DNA of 63,892 nucleotides, filler included, from Octopus bimaculoides (taxonomy: Eukaryota), in the NCBI RefSeq assembly GCF_001194135.2. It is 6 parts of 6 records of this genome, joined end to end, with 100 filler letters (N's around TTAATTAATTAA, not from the genome) between each part and the next. Parts side by side here need not be neighbours in the genome. Positions count along the whole stretch, not along the records: positions 1 to 19,947 come from NC_068984.1; positions 20,048 to 27,604 come from NC_068982.1; 4 more parts are not named here. One strand, 5' to 3'. The translations under genes and the position numbers were made by a program. Under the pieces are notes generated by a model. It was given only the letters and a program-made list of their open reading frames with translations. It searched no databases and had not been told where the DNA came from. Positions 10,696 through 22,871 of the stretch are shown here, piece by piece. Position 1 is the first letter of the stretch, and every line of letters starts with the position of its first letter.

Positions 10696-13535
10696 GATCT
10701 TTAATCTCTCTTTTGTTTATTAATACGTAAAGAACTCACCTTGATCAGCGTAGGGAGTTTTGAAGCAGAGTGGAAGAGTAACAAAACAAGAGAAACAACA
10801 TCTTTATTGCTACTCTACATCTCGTCTGATGCATGGGTCGTTCGACGAAGTTACCTTTCTCCATCGCAAAAAGAAGTCACACGTTTAGCGATTTTTATCC
10901 GTAAGATGGCAATGCCCCAACCGTAAATGACAAACCCAAATCTGAAGATTATGAAGACAATTTCCCATTGTAACGTTTAGAGTATTATGTCTAAATATCA
11001 ACCACCTTCTAGGCAATTTATGATGGAAAGTGCGTAAAAGAAATTGTTACAAAACCCAGACTGTATATGCATAGTTTATTATTAATTAATTTATCATTCA
11101 CACATGTATGTATGTATGTATGTATGTATTCATGAATGCATGCATGTGCGTGTGTATGACGATGGTGCGTGTAGCATTGTTACAGTTGACGATTAAATAA
11201 TCATAGCCTTTGGCACACGACACTCGTTATACTTATGAAAAAAATAGAGATTAATGGGTATAACGGCTACAATACTTATGCAACACATTTCTAAAATCAT
11301 TGATGAGGTCGACATGAATGTCTCTCATTGGCAAGCTATTCCAATAATTGAGTCCCGTTCCAAATGAAATGCCATTAATGTATAAGTTGTTATTAATTGA
11401 AAATAATATAAGAAATGACTACTTTTGATATAAACTAGTCATTCAAATGGAAATATGGTTGTTGGTAGTGAGAATGCAGAAATCTTGTTCCAATAAAGTG
11501 CTCGAGACTAGCTTTATTACATTGGCAACTATAAAAATAACTTTATATTTGTGCCTTACATCAATAAATGCTTTCTTTCCTGCGGTGGTACACACTCTGT
11601 TTATTTATACAGAGTTTATTACTTAATATATATTTCTTTGATAATAGGACAAAAGTATTGAATGGAAACCACGTGAATAAGAAAGAATGACAATCATAAA
11701 GCGAGGTGGGGGTCTCCCTATTAAACAGTAGTTTTTTCTTTATATGAGTGTATAGTTTGAGATATTTTTAGGAAACAAAAGCTGACTCCATATGTCACAC
11801 ACTCTTTTAGTCCATGAAGCTCAAATAAATTTTTTTACTGTTATTAAAGGGGTTATTTTTACCACATTAGAGATTTTTAGAATGTCTAGGGGAAATATTC
11901 GATCGATTCATTCGAGTACGGCCAGTTGCTGAGTGAAAAGGCTATCCGAAAACTAGCCGAGAGGTGGACGGATCATGTTGCGTTCGTGGCCAAAGCACTT
12001 AAATCTTCTATGACTCAATCCAATTCGATGCAATAAGTGCTGCAGAGTAAGATGGACTTGTATCCCCGCTCCACCATCAGCAGAATAACTGTAAAATTGC
12101 CAAGTGATTTAATAGTTTGTAGCATTGGCTGATGTACCTAAGATGTACATGAAAGTGAAATTTTCTTTAGTACCCTTTCAACCTAATGCATCTTTACCAC
12201 ACTGGGGTCGTAGGGGCATTATGTAACACTGTGTCTGTAACTAGTTTAAAGAAAAGTATACGTTTTTGACATTGCTATGTCCATGGCTGGAGTTTGATTC
12301 ACAGCTGAAGCAAGTCTGCTCCATGCACCACTCTTAACTCTGAGAATGAAATAAATATCAAAACTACAATTTTCTTTTAAAAAATAAATTGCATTTGTTT
12401 ACAGCCAAAATATCTTAGTAAGAATTTGTGGCATAATGTCATAAGATTTAAAAAGAAAATTGATTTTTTAAAGAGCAGACATTTAAAGAAGTCTGAAAGA
12501 AAGCAACATTAAAACTGATGTTACTCTAGATTTAATGTTAAACCTGTCTAGATATCATCGAAACCTACCGAGCATCAACTAAAAGATTTCGCTACATCAT
12601 TTTTAAATAAAGATTAATTATCACATAAACACTATCTACGACGTGGTTAACATTTTTCTCTATGAACTTTGTTTATGAGAACAATTATCCGATTAAATTT
12701 ATACGATTGAGATTTAAGAATGAAGTTGGCAAAATATGTACATACTTCAGTATTTATAAACCGTGGACAGTATACAGTATTTGTATACCATGTTTTTATA
12801 AAAAAAATCGAATATCTGTATCTATTATGTTTGTTCTTTATGACGTAAGCAGCTCCCTGAGGGAGACAGTTTAATATTACGCTGATATCATTTAGCTAGT
12901 CACAATGCTAATATTTGCAGAAGTGGGAAATAATCAGCACTGTTACTACACCGCCTTCCGTCCTAATATTTCTTTTATCGACCATTAAAGGGATAAAAGA
13001 CGGAGTCATCCACAATGGGATTCCAGAACGAAGAAATGATATCAAGCATTCCTATGCATTTATCCTGAATCACATTCACTCCTGCTAGTCCACTACAATT
13101 CCTACCTAATATTGACTTCTAGCTTTGACACATATTTATCAACATTTACGCTGACAATATACGAATTAAAAGGAAGAATTGAAAAGTTAAGTTGACTATG
13201 GCAGGAATCGAATAAAGAACATTTAAGGAACATTGCGAAGTTCTACCAGGCATTTTCTTCGTTATTTTGCTGCCAATCAGCTTCTCTGCTATCTTATTAT
13301 TGAAATTAACTAGCATACCCGTGTCGTTAAAAATACCGCCAGTTTATTAATGATAGACAATGACACATCAGCAGAATGAGGTAAAGCATTAATACATGTC
13401 AGCAATGAAGTTCATTTACAGAACTGAAGCACTTGCAGACTCACGTACGATTGTAACATCCTGGTAGAAAATATCACCCACATAATGCATGTACATATAC
13501 ATACATATATATGTACATCTAAATAAATACAGACG

Positions 13536-13576
13536 CCTATGATGATAACCCAATAAGGTTCGAAAATCAGTTAAGG
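13536..13576 (+). ncRNA. degenerate minimal type I hammerhead motif (copy 1 of a direct repeat)
   Basis: CCT-ATGATGA-TAACC-CAATAA-GGTTC-GAAA-ATCAGT-TA-AGG; C3 is mutated to A. Confidence 0.65.
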
Positions 13577-13838
13577 TTGTTCATCCTTTTTCAGTCTGCA
13601 GAGAAATGGATAAAATTTGCCCTGTTTATAATTATAGGGTGTGTTACATATATACTATATCATACCTTGGTACTGTGTGGACTAAAATCCCCGTTGAAAG
13701 GCCGCTGGTATATATAGAGTGTTAAACACTTTCGGTATGCAAATTAGGGACTCCTTCCTAGAGTAACTGCTGCATTTCTTGAGTATATAAACAGTTTGGC
13801 TGTTCGTTTCTCTCGAAACTGCCAGATTGATGTAGACT

Positions 13839-13876
13839 CCTCTGATGAGAACATAAGATTCGAAAATCAATCAAGG
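13839..13876 (+). ncRNA. degenerate minimal type I hammerhead motif (copy 2 of a direct repeat)
   Basis: CCT-CTGATGA-GAA-CATAAGA-TTC-GAAA-ATCAAT-CA-AGG; U16.1 is mutated to C; GAAA lies exactly 300 nt after that of copy 1. Confidence 0.7.
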
Positions 13877-14220
13877 TTGTTCATCATTTTTTTTTCAGTC
13901 TGCGGATAAATGGCTAAAATTTGCCCCGTGTATAAGTATACCATATGTTATATATATATGTATACACACACACACACACACACACACACATCACTCAATC
14001 TTTTCCTTCAATCTGAACGCAACATTCAAAGTCCTGCCTGGATTTACCTAGGATTATACTTAAAGACCTTTACCTTCACGGAAGTACAGACCAAAGTCCA
14101 CACCCACTGGAATAAAATGAACTGTGAAATTTATTCTCCTGTCTTTATTCTTCTATCTACTATTTTATTCTTTTATACACTGTGAATTCTCTGTCTGGAA
14201 CCTTCCTAGATACGTACCTT

Positions 14221-14258
14221 GTCTCTGATGATGGAATACCCAGAAACAGCTGTAAGAG
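14221..14258 (+). ncRNA. minimal type I hammerhead ribozyme motif (Penelope-like)
   Basis: GTCT-CTGATGA-TGG-AATAC-CCA-GAAA-CAGCTG-TA-AGAG: intact core, palindromic stem III ACAGCTGT, GUA triplet. Confidence 0.78.
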
Positions 14259-15350
14259 TTTACTACTTCTAATTCACCTTACTCTAATTGAATTCTCTAA
14301 ATAACCTGAGATACTCGTCCTGCCTTGGACTTGTTGTCCTTTTCCTTCTAATATATACCTGCAATCTCGGAAGTCTACTACTGATTCCTAGCTACAAGCT
14401 CAGCTGTGAACTTGGAACCCAACGGATGATCACTTACACAGAGTACCTATTCGTTTAGATTATCAATGAACTAAACTCCTCATATTATTTACACACACAC
14501 ACACACACACATATATATACGTATACATAACTATATATATATATGTGTGTGTGTATGTACATATATTTCTATGTACATACATACAAATATATATATATAT
14601 TATATATATATATANNNNNNNNNNNNNNNNNNNNNNNNNNNNNNNNNNNNNNNNNNNNNNNNNNNNNNNNNNNNNNNNNNNNNNNNNNNNNNNNNNNNNN
14701 NNNNNNNNNNNNNNNNNNNNNNNNNNNNNNNNNNNNNNNNNNNNNNNNNNNNNNNNNNNNNNNNNNNNNNNNNNNNNNNNNNNNNNNNNNNNNNNNNNNN
14801 NNNNNNNNNNNNNNNNNNNNNNNNNNNNNNNNNNNNNNNNNNNNNNNNNNNNNNNNNNNNNNNNNNNNNNNNNNNNNNNNNNNNNNNNNNNNNNNNNNNN
14901 NNNNNNNNNNNNNNNNNNNNNNNNNNNNNNNNNNNNNNNNNNNNNNNNNNNNNNNNNNNTATATATATATATATATATATATATATCCAAAGGCCTCTGC
15001 GAAGCACTCATACATACGCCTACCTTTGTATATACACCTATACAGGTGTGTATATGTGTGTGAATTTGTGTGTGTACGCGTACGTTTGTTTGCACTTTTT
15101 AGATTGAGGAAATAAGTAAAATATGCTATCCAATTAGAAAAGGAAAGAAGGGTTTGTATCAGAAAGGGCGAACGTGTAAAATGGACTAAAACGAAAGAAA
15201 AAAAAGGAAAGTATGCATACATACATACATACATACATACATACACACACAAACACACACACATATATAATGTTTAAATTATCGTTCAGATAACTTTTAT
15301 ATATATGTTATGTGANNNNNNNNNNATGCATATACTCATTTACTTTTGTT

Positions 15351-15414
<64 letters not shown>

Positions 15415-16882
15415 ATAAAGTAAATACAATTTACGATCAAATTTTGCAGATGTATTTTCATTAAAATATCAGCGGCTTCAGAGCAAAACCTTTGAATGCT
15501 GTTCGCCTGCTTTAGTATCCGTGACTACCGCCTACTCTCATTCCATGACTGTCATCTACTCTCACTTCCTCTGCTGTTTCACCTTTCTTTCCCTAGTGTG
15601 ACCGATGAGATACATATTGCTTTTTATTGCATGCGAAATAAAAAGGGTATTTCTGTTATAGAAGAAAACGTCTTGTAAATGCTAAGCAACAGATACAAAA
15701 ACAGTGACGATAACGTCAATTCCGACGTCACAGCAGCGTTTTTACTCACTTGAATGGCTACATGGGAAGAATAATAACGTAAAGTAAGCAATTTTTTTTT
15801 TCTCCAAGTCAGATTAGTAGGATTCGCTTTTCAAGGGTTATTGCATTATTCTCTGAGAAAAATGGTTATTTCCATGACAAAAAGATTATTAAAATTATAT
15901 TCATTTAAAAAAAATAATTTATAAATTTTATTATATTTTTGCTTTCAATTTTACTCGAGGTGACACAATTTTCGTTGCTGATACCATTGATAAAGGCATG
16001 GAAACCGAAGTGGCACATACCCTTTCTATGAACATTTCGTCTTCTATTTACGTAAGAAATTCAATAATTGTAATTCAGTATTGTTTCATTTGATAAACGT
16101 CAATTGAAGAGATTCTTGACGTAATATTTAAGAGAAAAAAAATAGGTTATTTTCTAAAAGGACTACAGCAACAGAATACTTCCAGAACTGTGTGATATTA
16201 TATCTTCATACAGTACGTCTTTAAAGTGGACCGAATGAAAGAGCTACATTTAAAATATAGTTTTGTTTCAAATTGCCATGCTAAAATATCCCCTTTCTTT
16301 CTGTGTGAGTACTTATAGCTTTGTGTGTTTGAATATGTGTGTGCGCATGCGTCTAAGTGAGTGCTGCCTGTGTATATGTATGTATGTATGTATGAATGTA
16401 TGTATGCATGTATGCATGTACGTGTGTAGGCGTCAATATGAGTGAGATTGTAAATATTGACAAATTTATTTTAAAAATTAGTCTATTTGATCACGAGGCA
16501 AACCATAAATACATACATACAATAAAACTCACACATAGTCACACACACACTTACACACTCACACTCACTTTCTCTCACTGTCTTTTTCATACGCACAAGC
16601 ACAAAATCATATACATACATCCATATATCCTTACACACATGGCAATGTAGTCGATGACGTTTTAACTTCGATGGAGATGTCTTGTTTTATCTAGGCTGGA
16701 GTCCAAGTTTTTCTCAGGCTCCATCCTATTGGCGAAAAATCTTTTTAAACCAGAAAAGCCATGCTTGCCACAACCATACTGCTGAGTGGTCTGCCAGCTC
16801 GCAGCCTTCCGCATTTACTAGTTTTACTTTGACTACCAAGTAAATGACTAGCAAATGACATTTACATCATTCTAAACATGCT

Positions 16883-17092
16883 AAAGGCGGCGAGCTGGCA
16901 GAATTGTTAGCGCGTCGAATAAAATGGTTAGCAGCATTTTCCCCGGCTCAGAATGCTCTGAGGGCAAATTCAGCTGAAGGCGACTTTACTTTTCATCCAT
17001 TCGGAGTCGATAAAATATCGGTTGAGTACTGAGGTCGATATAATCCACTATCACCTTCCCCTAAATTCCAGGCCTTGTGCCTGTACCAGAAA
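16883..17092 (+). mobile_element. SINE family B, full length
   Basis: GGCGGCGAGCTGGCAGAATTGTTAG...GGCCTTGTGCCT. Confidence 0.9.
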
Positions 17093-17586
17093 CAATTGTA
17101 GTCATGCTAATTTAATGCATGGAATTCTGTGTATAAGTCAATGAATTGTTACTATTTAAACGTTAGAGAGGTACAATACTCTTCAAATTCAATATATATA
17201 TTAAATCTAAAACCTGTTAATTCGACGAATCATCAGTCAAACCGTATTAAATACAGCTGTAATGAAGTCAGTCATTATTCTACCTTCGTTAAGTGTCATT
17301 ATAAGGCAAGGAGTGTACGTACACATCTGTTTTTACTTCTGCTGATTGAGTTAATTTTAAGAAACATTTTATTTTGTGTGTGTATACAAAATACTAATAT
17401 TGAATATATGTTTGCGTGATTGTATGTGATTTTGTGCGCCTTGTTGTATACATATTAATATTTGTTTCTTTATGTTTCCTTACAGCTTGCATGTGTATGT
17501 AACAACAATCTACTCCATGTGTTACATTTCAACAGATATCTGCTGTTTAAACGTGTGTGTATATATGTGTATATATGTGTGTCAAC

Positions 17587-18153
17587 ATCATGGTGTTTCG
17601 AGTGATCGCAAGTAATGGTTAAGATATGCCACTATATATCTTCCCACAGGGCCTGACACTCAACACGGAGGCCTATATCAAGTGCCTGGAGGAAGTAGTG
17701 CTGCCCTGGGTCAAGAGAGTGGCTACTGGAAGATCCTATGTCTGGCAACAAGACTGTACAATGCTACACTAGCAGGAGAACCCAGTCATGGCTGTCAGAC
17801 AATTTCTACGACCACATCACCCATGACATCTGGTCACCTAACTCCCCAGACTGCAAAACGCTTTATTATGTGTGGGGCACAGGTGAGCGAGAGACACCAA
17901 AGATGAACTGAAGGCAAGGATTATGGGAGCATTCACCAACTAAGACAAGGAAACCGTCCAGGAGAGTTGCAGGATATTTTGAAGTCGCCTGGAAGCCGTG
18001 GTTGAAGCCAATGGTGATTTTATTGTCTAAATTTACGCTTTAGAATTTCAAGATATGTTTATGTAATTTCGATAAATATATCTGTTAAAATTAGATGTCA
18101 GTGCTCTTTTCATTTTTGCGTAATTTTGACAACAATTTAGTTATCGCACCCGG
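17587..18153 (+). mobile_element. maT/DD37D-like (Tc1-mariner) transposon, 3' half, pseudogenised
   Basis: Reads ...FPQGLTLNTEAYIKCLEEVVLPWVKRVATGRSYVWQQD...IWSPNSPDC...RLEAVVEANGDFI; terminal sequence ends ATCGCACCCGG followed by TA. Confidence 0.85.
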
Positions 18154-18189
<36 letters not shown>

Positions 18190-18328
18190 TACACACACAC
18201 ACATATTATATATGTACACACGCACACACATATACAGTAAGATGTAGCATGCAGGTGTTTTACCTATTGTTTCTATTAGTGTATTGAAATTTAGATATCA
18301 CTTTTTGGCGCATACATGAATATATATA

Positions 18329-18556
18329 TTGGGTTGTCCGAAAAGTTCGTGCCGATTTTTAAAGGAAAGAAAAAGGTCCATAAATACTTGCCATTACATT
18401 TTAAATCAAACAAATATGAACCATTTTGTTGCACAATGCGTCTCCATCTTTCCTTTAACTTGAAAATACCCTCTTCCCAGAATTGAGGTGGTTTCATGGC
18501 AAATAAGTCGAAAGGTAAGCTACTATAAATCGGCACGAACTTTCCGGAAAACCTAA
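18329..18556 (-). mobile_element. internally deleted mariner (228 bp) with both TIRs
   Basis: TIRs TTGGGTTGTCCGAAAAGTTCGTGCCGATTT / AAATCGGCACGAACTTTCCGGAAAACCTAA with TA flanks; minus strand retains the transposase C-terminus FWEEGIFKLKERWRRIVQQNGSY. Confidence 0.92.
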
Positions 18557-18887
18557 TATATACTACAGAAGACATTTACCACACAGTACCAGTGCATGAG
18601 TTACGCGGATATAGGCGTATAGGTGGTGTGTTTTCTTGTGTAAATTTCTGTGAAACGAAGTAAATTTCTTTGAAACGATTTTCTGAGTAAAAGTACCAGC
18701 TTATGATGGAATACTTATTTAGACTGAAGTTCTCAATTCCCGTTGTTGTTCATATTTTTACAGACTAAAGGACAGTTTTACACTTATTTCACTTTACGTC
18801 CCACTTGATAACTTTTGATGATATACAATTGTTTCAAACTAAACAATCCATTCACCTATCAGATTCTGTACATTGTCTGTAATAATA

Positions 18888-19648
18888 GCTCAACATGTGT
18901 ATGTAAACAACAAGATGAAACCGTTGATCATGCTGTCTCCATGTGCAGTCTCCTTGCACCTACAGAGTATCTCCACAGGCATGATAGAGCAGCACAATAT
19001 ATTCACTGGGTGATTTGCAAAAACCTGGACCTGCTCCATGATAAAAAGTGGTGGGAACATGAACCATCTCTAGTGCTTGAAAATGATCACATCTCACTCA
19101 TCTGGAACTTCACCGTTTAAACTGACAGAAAGATAGATGCGAATAGGTCAGATATTATACTGAAAGATTTTAGACAAAAATCATACCTCCTCATTGATAT
19201 GAGTGTCCAGTTGACATAAATATATCTGTCAAGACCTACCAAAAACTGAGCAAGTATAAAGAACTGGAAACAGAAATTGGCAAAATATGGAGCCTCAAGA
19301 CTAAAGCAATACTTGTTGTCATAGGTGCCCTAGGAATGATAGCAAAGGGGAGCTGATTCCTACCTAGCTCCGATACCAGAAAAGCCCAGAATGGCAGAAA
19401 TTCAAAAGATAATGTTCATGGTAACTGCCGATATCCTACGTAAAATGCTGTCTATGTAATCTCAAATTTTAAAACAAACTTATAATTTTCTTATGTTTTC
19501 TTAAACATTCTCCAGAACGATACTCTGTGCAAAACCAAATATATGTCACCCTAGGCATAATACCAACTTGAATTTCTAACTTGTCTCTTAAGGTCTCTGG
19601 GTGAGACTTAGAGTCAACTTGTACAAATACAAAGCAAAAGTCAAGCAC

Positions 19649-19649
<1 letters not shown>
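18888..19649 (+). mobile_element. R4/Dong-type LINE 3' end (CCHC knuckle + restriction-like endonuclease + 3'UTR)
   Basis: CKQQDETVDHAVSMC...YLHRHD...IHW...WWEHEP...LIWNF, then TDRKIDANRSDII...IDM, KLSKYKEL and VIGALGMI. Contains stops and frameshifts. Confidence 0.92.

Positions 19650-19739
<90 letters not shown>
19650..19739. repeat. (TAA)n, about 30 units
   Basis: Pure TAA run between two R4-type elements. Confidence 0.98.
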
Positions 19740-19947
19740 GGATTTTTAATTGCTGCACAAGACCAAAGCCTCCCCACCAGAAATTACCAAAAACACATAA
19801 TGAAAAGAAATATAACAAGTAACTGTAGAATATGTGGAGATCGACAAGAAACAATAAATCATATTATCTCTGGCTGCCCAGTCCTGGCTAAGAAGCAATA
19901 TATTCACAGACACGACAGAGCTGGGACCTATATACACTGGAAGCTAT
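19738..19947 (+). mobile_element. second, divergent R4/Dong-type LINE fragment, 5'-truncated
   Basis: GFLIAAQDQSLPTRNYQKHIMKRNITSNCRICGDRQETINHIISGCPVLAKKQYIHRHDRAGTYIHWKL; cut by a gap. Confidence 0.9.
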
Positions 19948-20047
19948 NNNNNNNNNNNNNNNNNNNNNNNNNNNNNNNNNNNNNNNNNNNNTTAATTAAT
20001 TAANNNNNNNNNNNNNNNNNNNNNNNNNNNNNNNNNNNNNNNNNNNN
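19948..20047. other. artificial 100-bp scaffold spacer (N44-TTAATTAATTAA-N44); the same linker sits at 27649, 42305, 60691 and 62308
   Basis: Identical six-frame-stop 12-mer centred in N runs at five sites. Confidence 0.95.
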
Positions 20048-20328
20048 TATATATATATATATATATATATTATATATTATATACTTTAATATATATATAT
20101 ATATATTAAAGTAAAATAGCTAGTTGTAAAATTTGAAGTAGAGATAGAGTAGTAATTATATCAAAAAACAAAGTCAGTCACCACAAAGTGGCTATTTCGT
20201 GTTACTGTTAGTTTAATCCCAGGCAGATTCTTCACCAACTGGTTATCAGTGCGACACTGCACAATTTATATACAATATATTGTTAGCAGATTGGGCGAAC
20301 CCCTACCACCCCCCAGCAGGTAACAAAG

Positions 20329-20376
20329 TCGTCAGACTGACTCAGTTTCGAGCTATCTGGCTATCCTCAGCCGCGA
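20329..20376 (-). ncRNA. type I hammerhead motif
   Basis: Minus strand: CTGAGGA-TAGC-CAGATA-GCTC-GAAA-CTGAGTCAG-TC-TGACG; core intact, stem I damaged. Confidence 0.68.
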
Positions 20377-20668
20377 GTACCTGCATGCCAGAGCGATAGT
20401 CAGAGCCCATTAACGCTAACAATATATTGTAAACAAAGAGACCAGCGGACACTGATTTGCAACAAGCAAAATAGCTAGCTGTAACATCTCAAGAAGAGAT
20501 AGAACAGTAATTAAACTAAAAAGTTAAGTCAGTCGCCACATCAAAGGGGCTGTTTCGTGTTACTACTAGTTTAACCCTAGGCAGATTCTCTGCTATCTGG
20601 TAATCGGCGCGACACTGCACCCTTTACTCTTTAGTATAGTTACTACGCTATTTCTGGCATGCAGGTAC

Positions 20669-20717
20669 TCACAATTGAGGATGACCCAATTAGCTCGAAA
20701 CTGAGTCAGTCTGGCGA
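20669..20717 (+). ncRNA. type I hammerhead motif, degenerate
   Basis: TTGAGGA-TGACC-CAATTA-GCTC-GAAA-CTGAGTCAG-TC-TGGCGA; C3 is mutated to U. Confidence 0.6.
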
Positions 20718-22871
20718 TCTTGTTATCTGCTTGAAAGTGGTAGGGGTTCGCTGCCCCTGCTAACAATATATTGTATATAAAGAGTGCAGTCGCACCGATA
20801 ACTATTTGGCGGAGAATCTGCCTGGGGTTAGACCAGTACCACGAAACAGCCACTATGATGTGGCGACTGATTTTATTATATATATATATATCTCTCTCTC
20901 TCACATATATATGTATATGTGTACGGGCGCGCGCGTATATATACATATATATATCCAAAGAAAATGTGAGAAATAAAATGAAGAGATATGTACATATGCA
21001 TATGTATATGTATATAGACACATCTATATATGCATAAACACATTCATACATACACATACACACACGTACTCACAAACACCTCAGGCGCGTGCATACATAC
21101 ATACGCACACACAAGTTGCCTAACGACAGTTTTGTAGAAATTTGATCTCTGACCTAGAAAAATTATTTATCCTTAAAATTATAACCTCTTTCAAACACTG
21201 TCATCGAACTCCTGTCTTATGAACCAGTACAAAGATTACCCCCAGTACTTTAACGTCCCTCCCGTAATTTCAATTAAATTTATTGCTTGCAAATTTGAAT
21301 AGGATTAAGGATTGCAACAAAACATTCATAATTAATGTGTGTGTCTGTGTGTTGTATGCGTTATACATATTTTAATATATGTGTCTGTGTGTGTCTTTAT
21401 ATTATATGGGTCTATTCGAGATGAATTCTTTTCATTCAGTTATTTTACTTATAGAGAGGTTACAAGGGTGACCAATTTTTAATTAGTTGTAGAAGATTAA
21501 AGCAACATACTTCATAGAGACATTACTTTTTGTATATGATTAATTAGTGAATATTTTTTTAATACACAATCATACACAAAGATATATATAAATNNNNNNN
21601 NNNNNNNNNNNNNNNNNNNNNNNNNNNNNNNNNNNNNNNNNNNNNNNNNNNNNNNNNNNNNNNNNNNNNNNNNNNNNNNNNNNNNNNNNNNNNNNNNNNN
21701 NNNNNNNNNNNNNNNNNNNNNNNNNNNNNNNNNNNNNNNNNNNNNNNNNNNNNNNNNNNNNNNNNNNNNNNNNNNNNNNNNNNNNNNNNNNNNNNNNNNN
21801 NNNNNNNNNNNNNNNNNNNNNNNNNNNNNNNNNNNNNNNNNNNNNNNNNNNNNNNNNNNNNNNNNNNNNNNNNNNNNNNNNNNNNNNNNNNNNNNNNNNN
21901 NNNNNNNNNNNNNNNNNNNNNNNNNNNNNNNNNNNNNNNNNNNNNNNNNNNNNNNNNNNNNNNNNNNNNNNNNNNNNNNNNNNNNNNNNNNNNNNNNNNN
22001 NNNNNNNNNNNNNNNNNNNNNNNNNNNNNNNNNNNNNNNNNNNNNNNNNNNNNNNNNNNNNNNNNNNNNNNNNNNNNNNNNNNNNNNNNNNNNNNNNNNN
22101 NNNNNNNNNNNNNNNNNNNNNNNNNNNNNNNNNNNNNNNNNNNNNNNNNNNNNNNNNNNNNNNNNNNNNNNNNNGTACTACCTTCGTTCCACATAATTCA
22201 ACGTATGCATTTATGTATGTATGTATGTATGTATGTATGTATGTATGTGTATATATATATATATATATATATGCGTATTTAAATATCTACCAAATATTTA
22301 GGTAAGATAAGTATTGTAACTGTTACCAAAGTAGCAAAATTCACACTTGAAAAGTCGTTTATACTTGATTTAAATATAACTTTCGTATAGGTGATACAAT
22401 TTTGGGTGCATATCAATTGAAATAAGAGCCATGACGCAATCATATATATCAATAAACCTTGTTTATTATCCTATGCGCATTTCGATGCAAGATTCCGACT
22501 TACTCTTCTCTGAGATAAGAAATTAGGACCTTCCCTTTCTTCAGGGCCAAGTTATATTAATTCACAACAGACAACATTATTATTTATATATAAATTACAT
22601 GAATACAGAGAAGTTCTAATCAGGTTATTTCGACATGAACATATTGAAACTGCTTGCAATATCGGTTAAGAAAACCGTTATATAGTCGAGTAACTAAGTA
22701 CAATTGTTAATCTAGGATACTAAGTGACGACATGCCTACGACGCTGTTTCATCAAATAAAAAAAACCGTTAGAGGTTTGAGAAGAAAAGAAATGAAAAGA
22801 AAAATTACCTATAATAGATCTTGCAGAAATACAAATTAATGGTCAAAGGGAGGTAAACTAAGGTTTTTGAT

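Larger units (their letters stand above)
20113..20869. repeat. two tandem copies plus one inverted copy of a hammerhead-bearing unit (Penelope pseudo-LTR-like)
   Basis: Copy 1 at 20113-20391, partial copy 2 at 20468-20620 (355-nt offset), inverted copy 3 at 20654-20869. Confidence 0.85.

Noticed and set aside
19992-20003. TTAATTAATTAA island inside N runs (five sites)
   Set aside because: Always centred in a 100-bp N spacer and encodes stops in all six frames, so it is an assembly linker. ORFs ending in LIN and distances across these spacers are artefactual.
20821-20869. Possible second hammerhead in the 20113-20869 unit (GAAACAGCCAC...GTGGC)
   Set aside because: None of the three copies has a CUGANGA box or a correctly placed UH triplet; it is only a hairpin.
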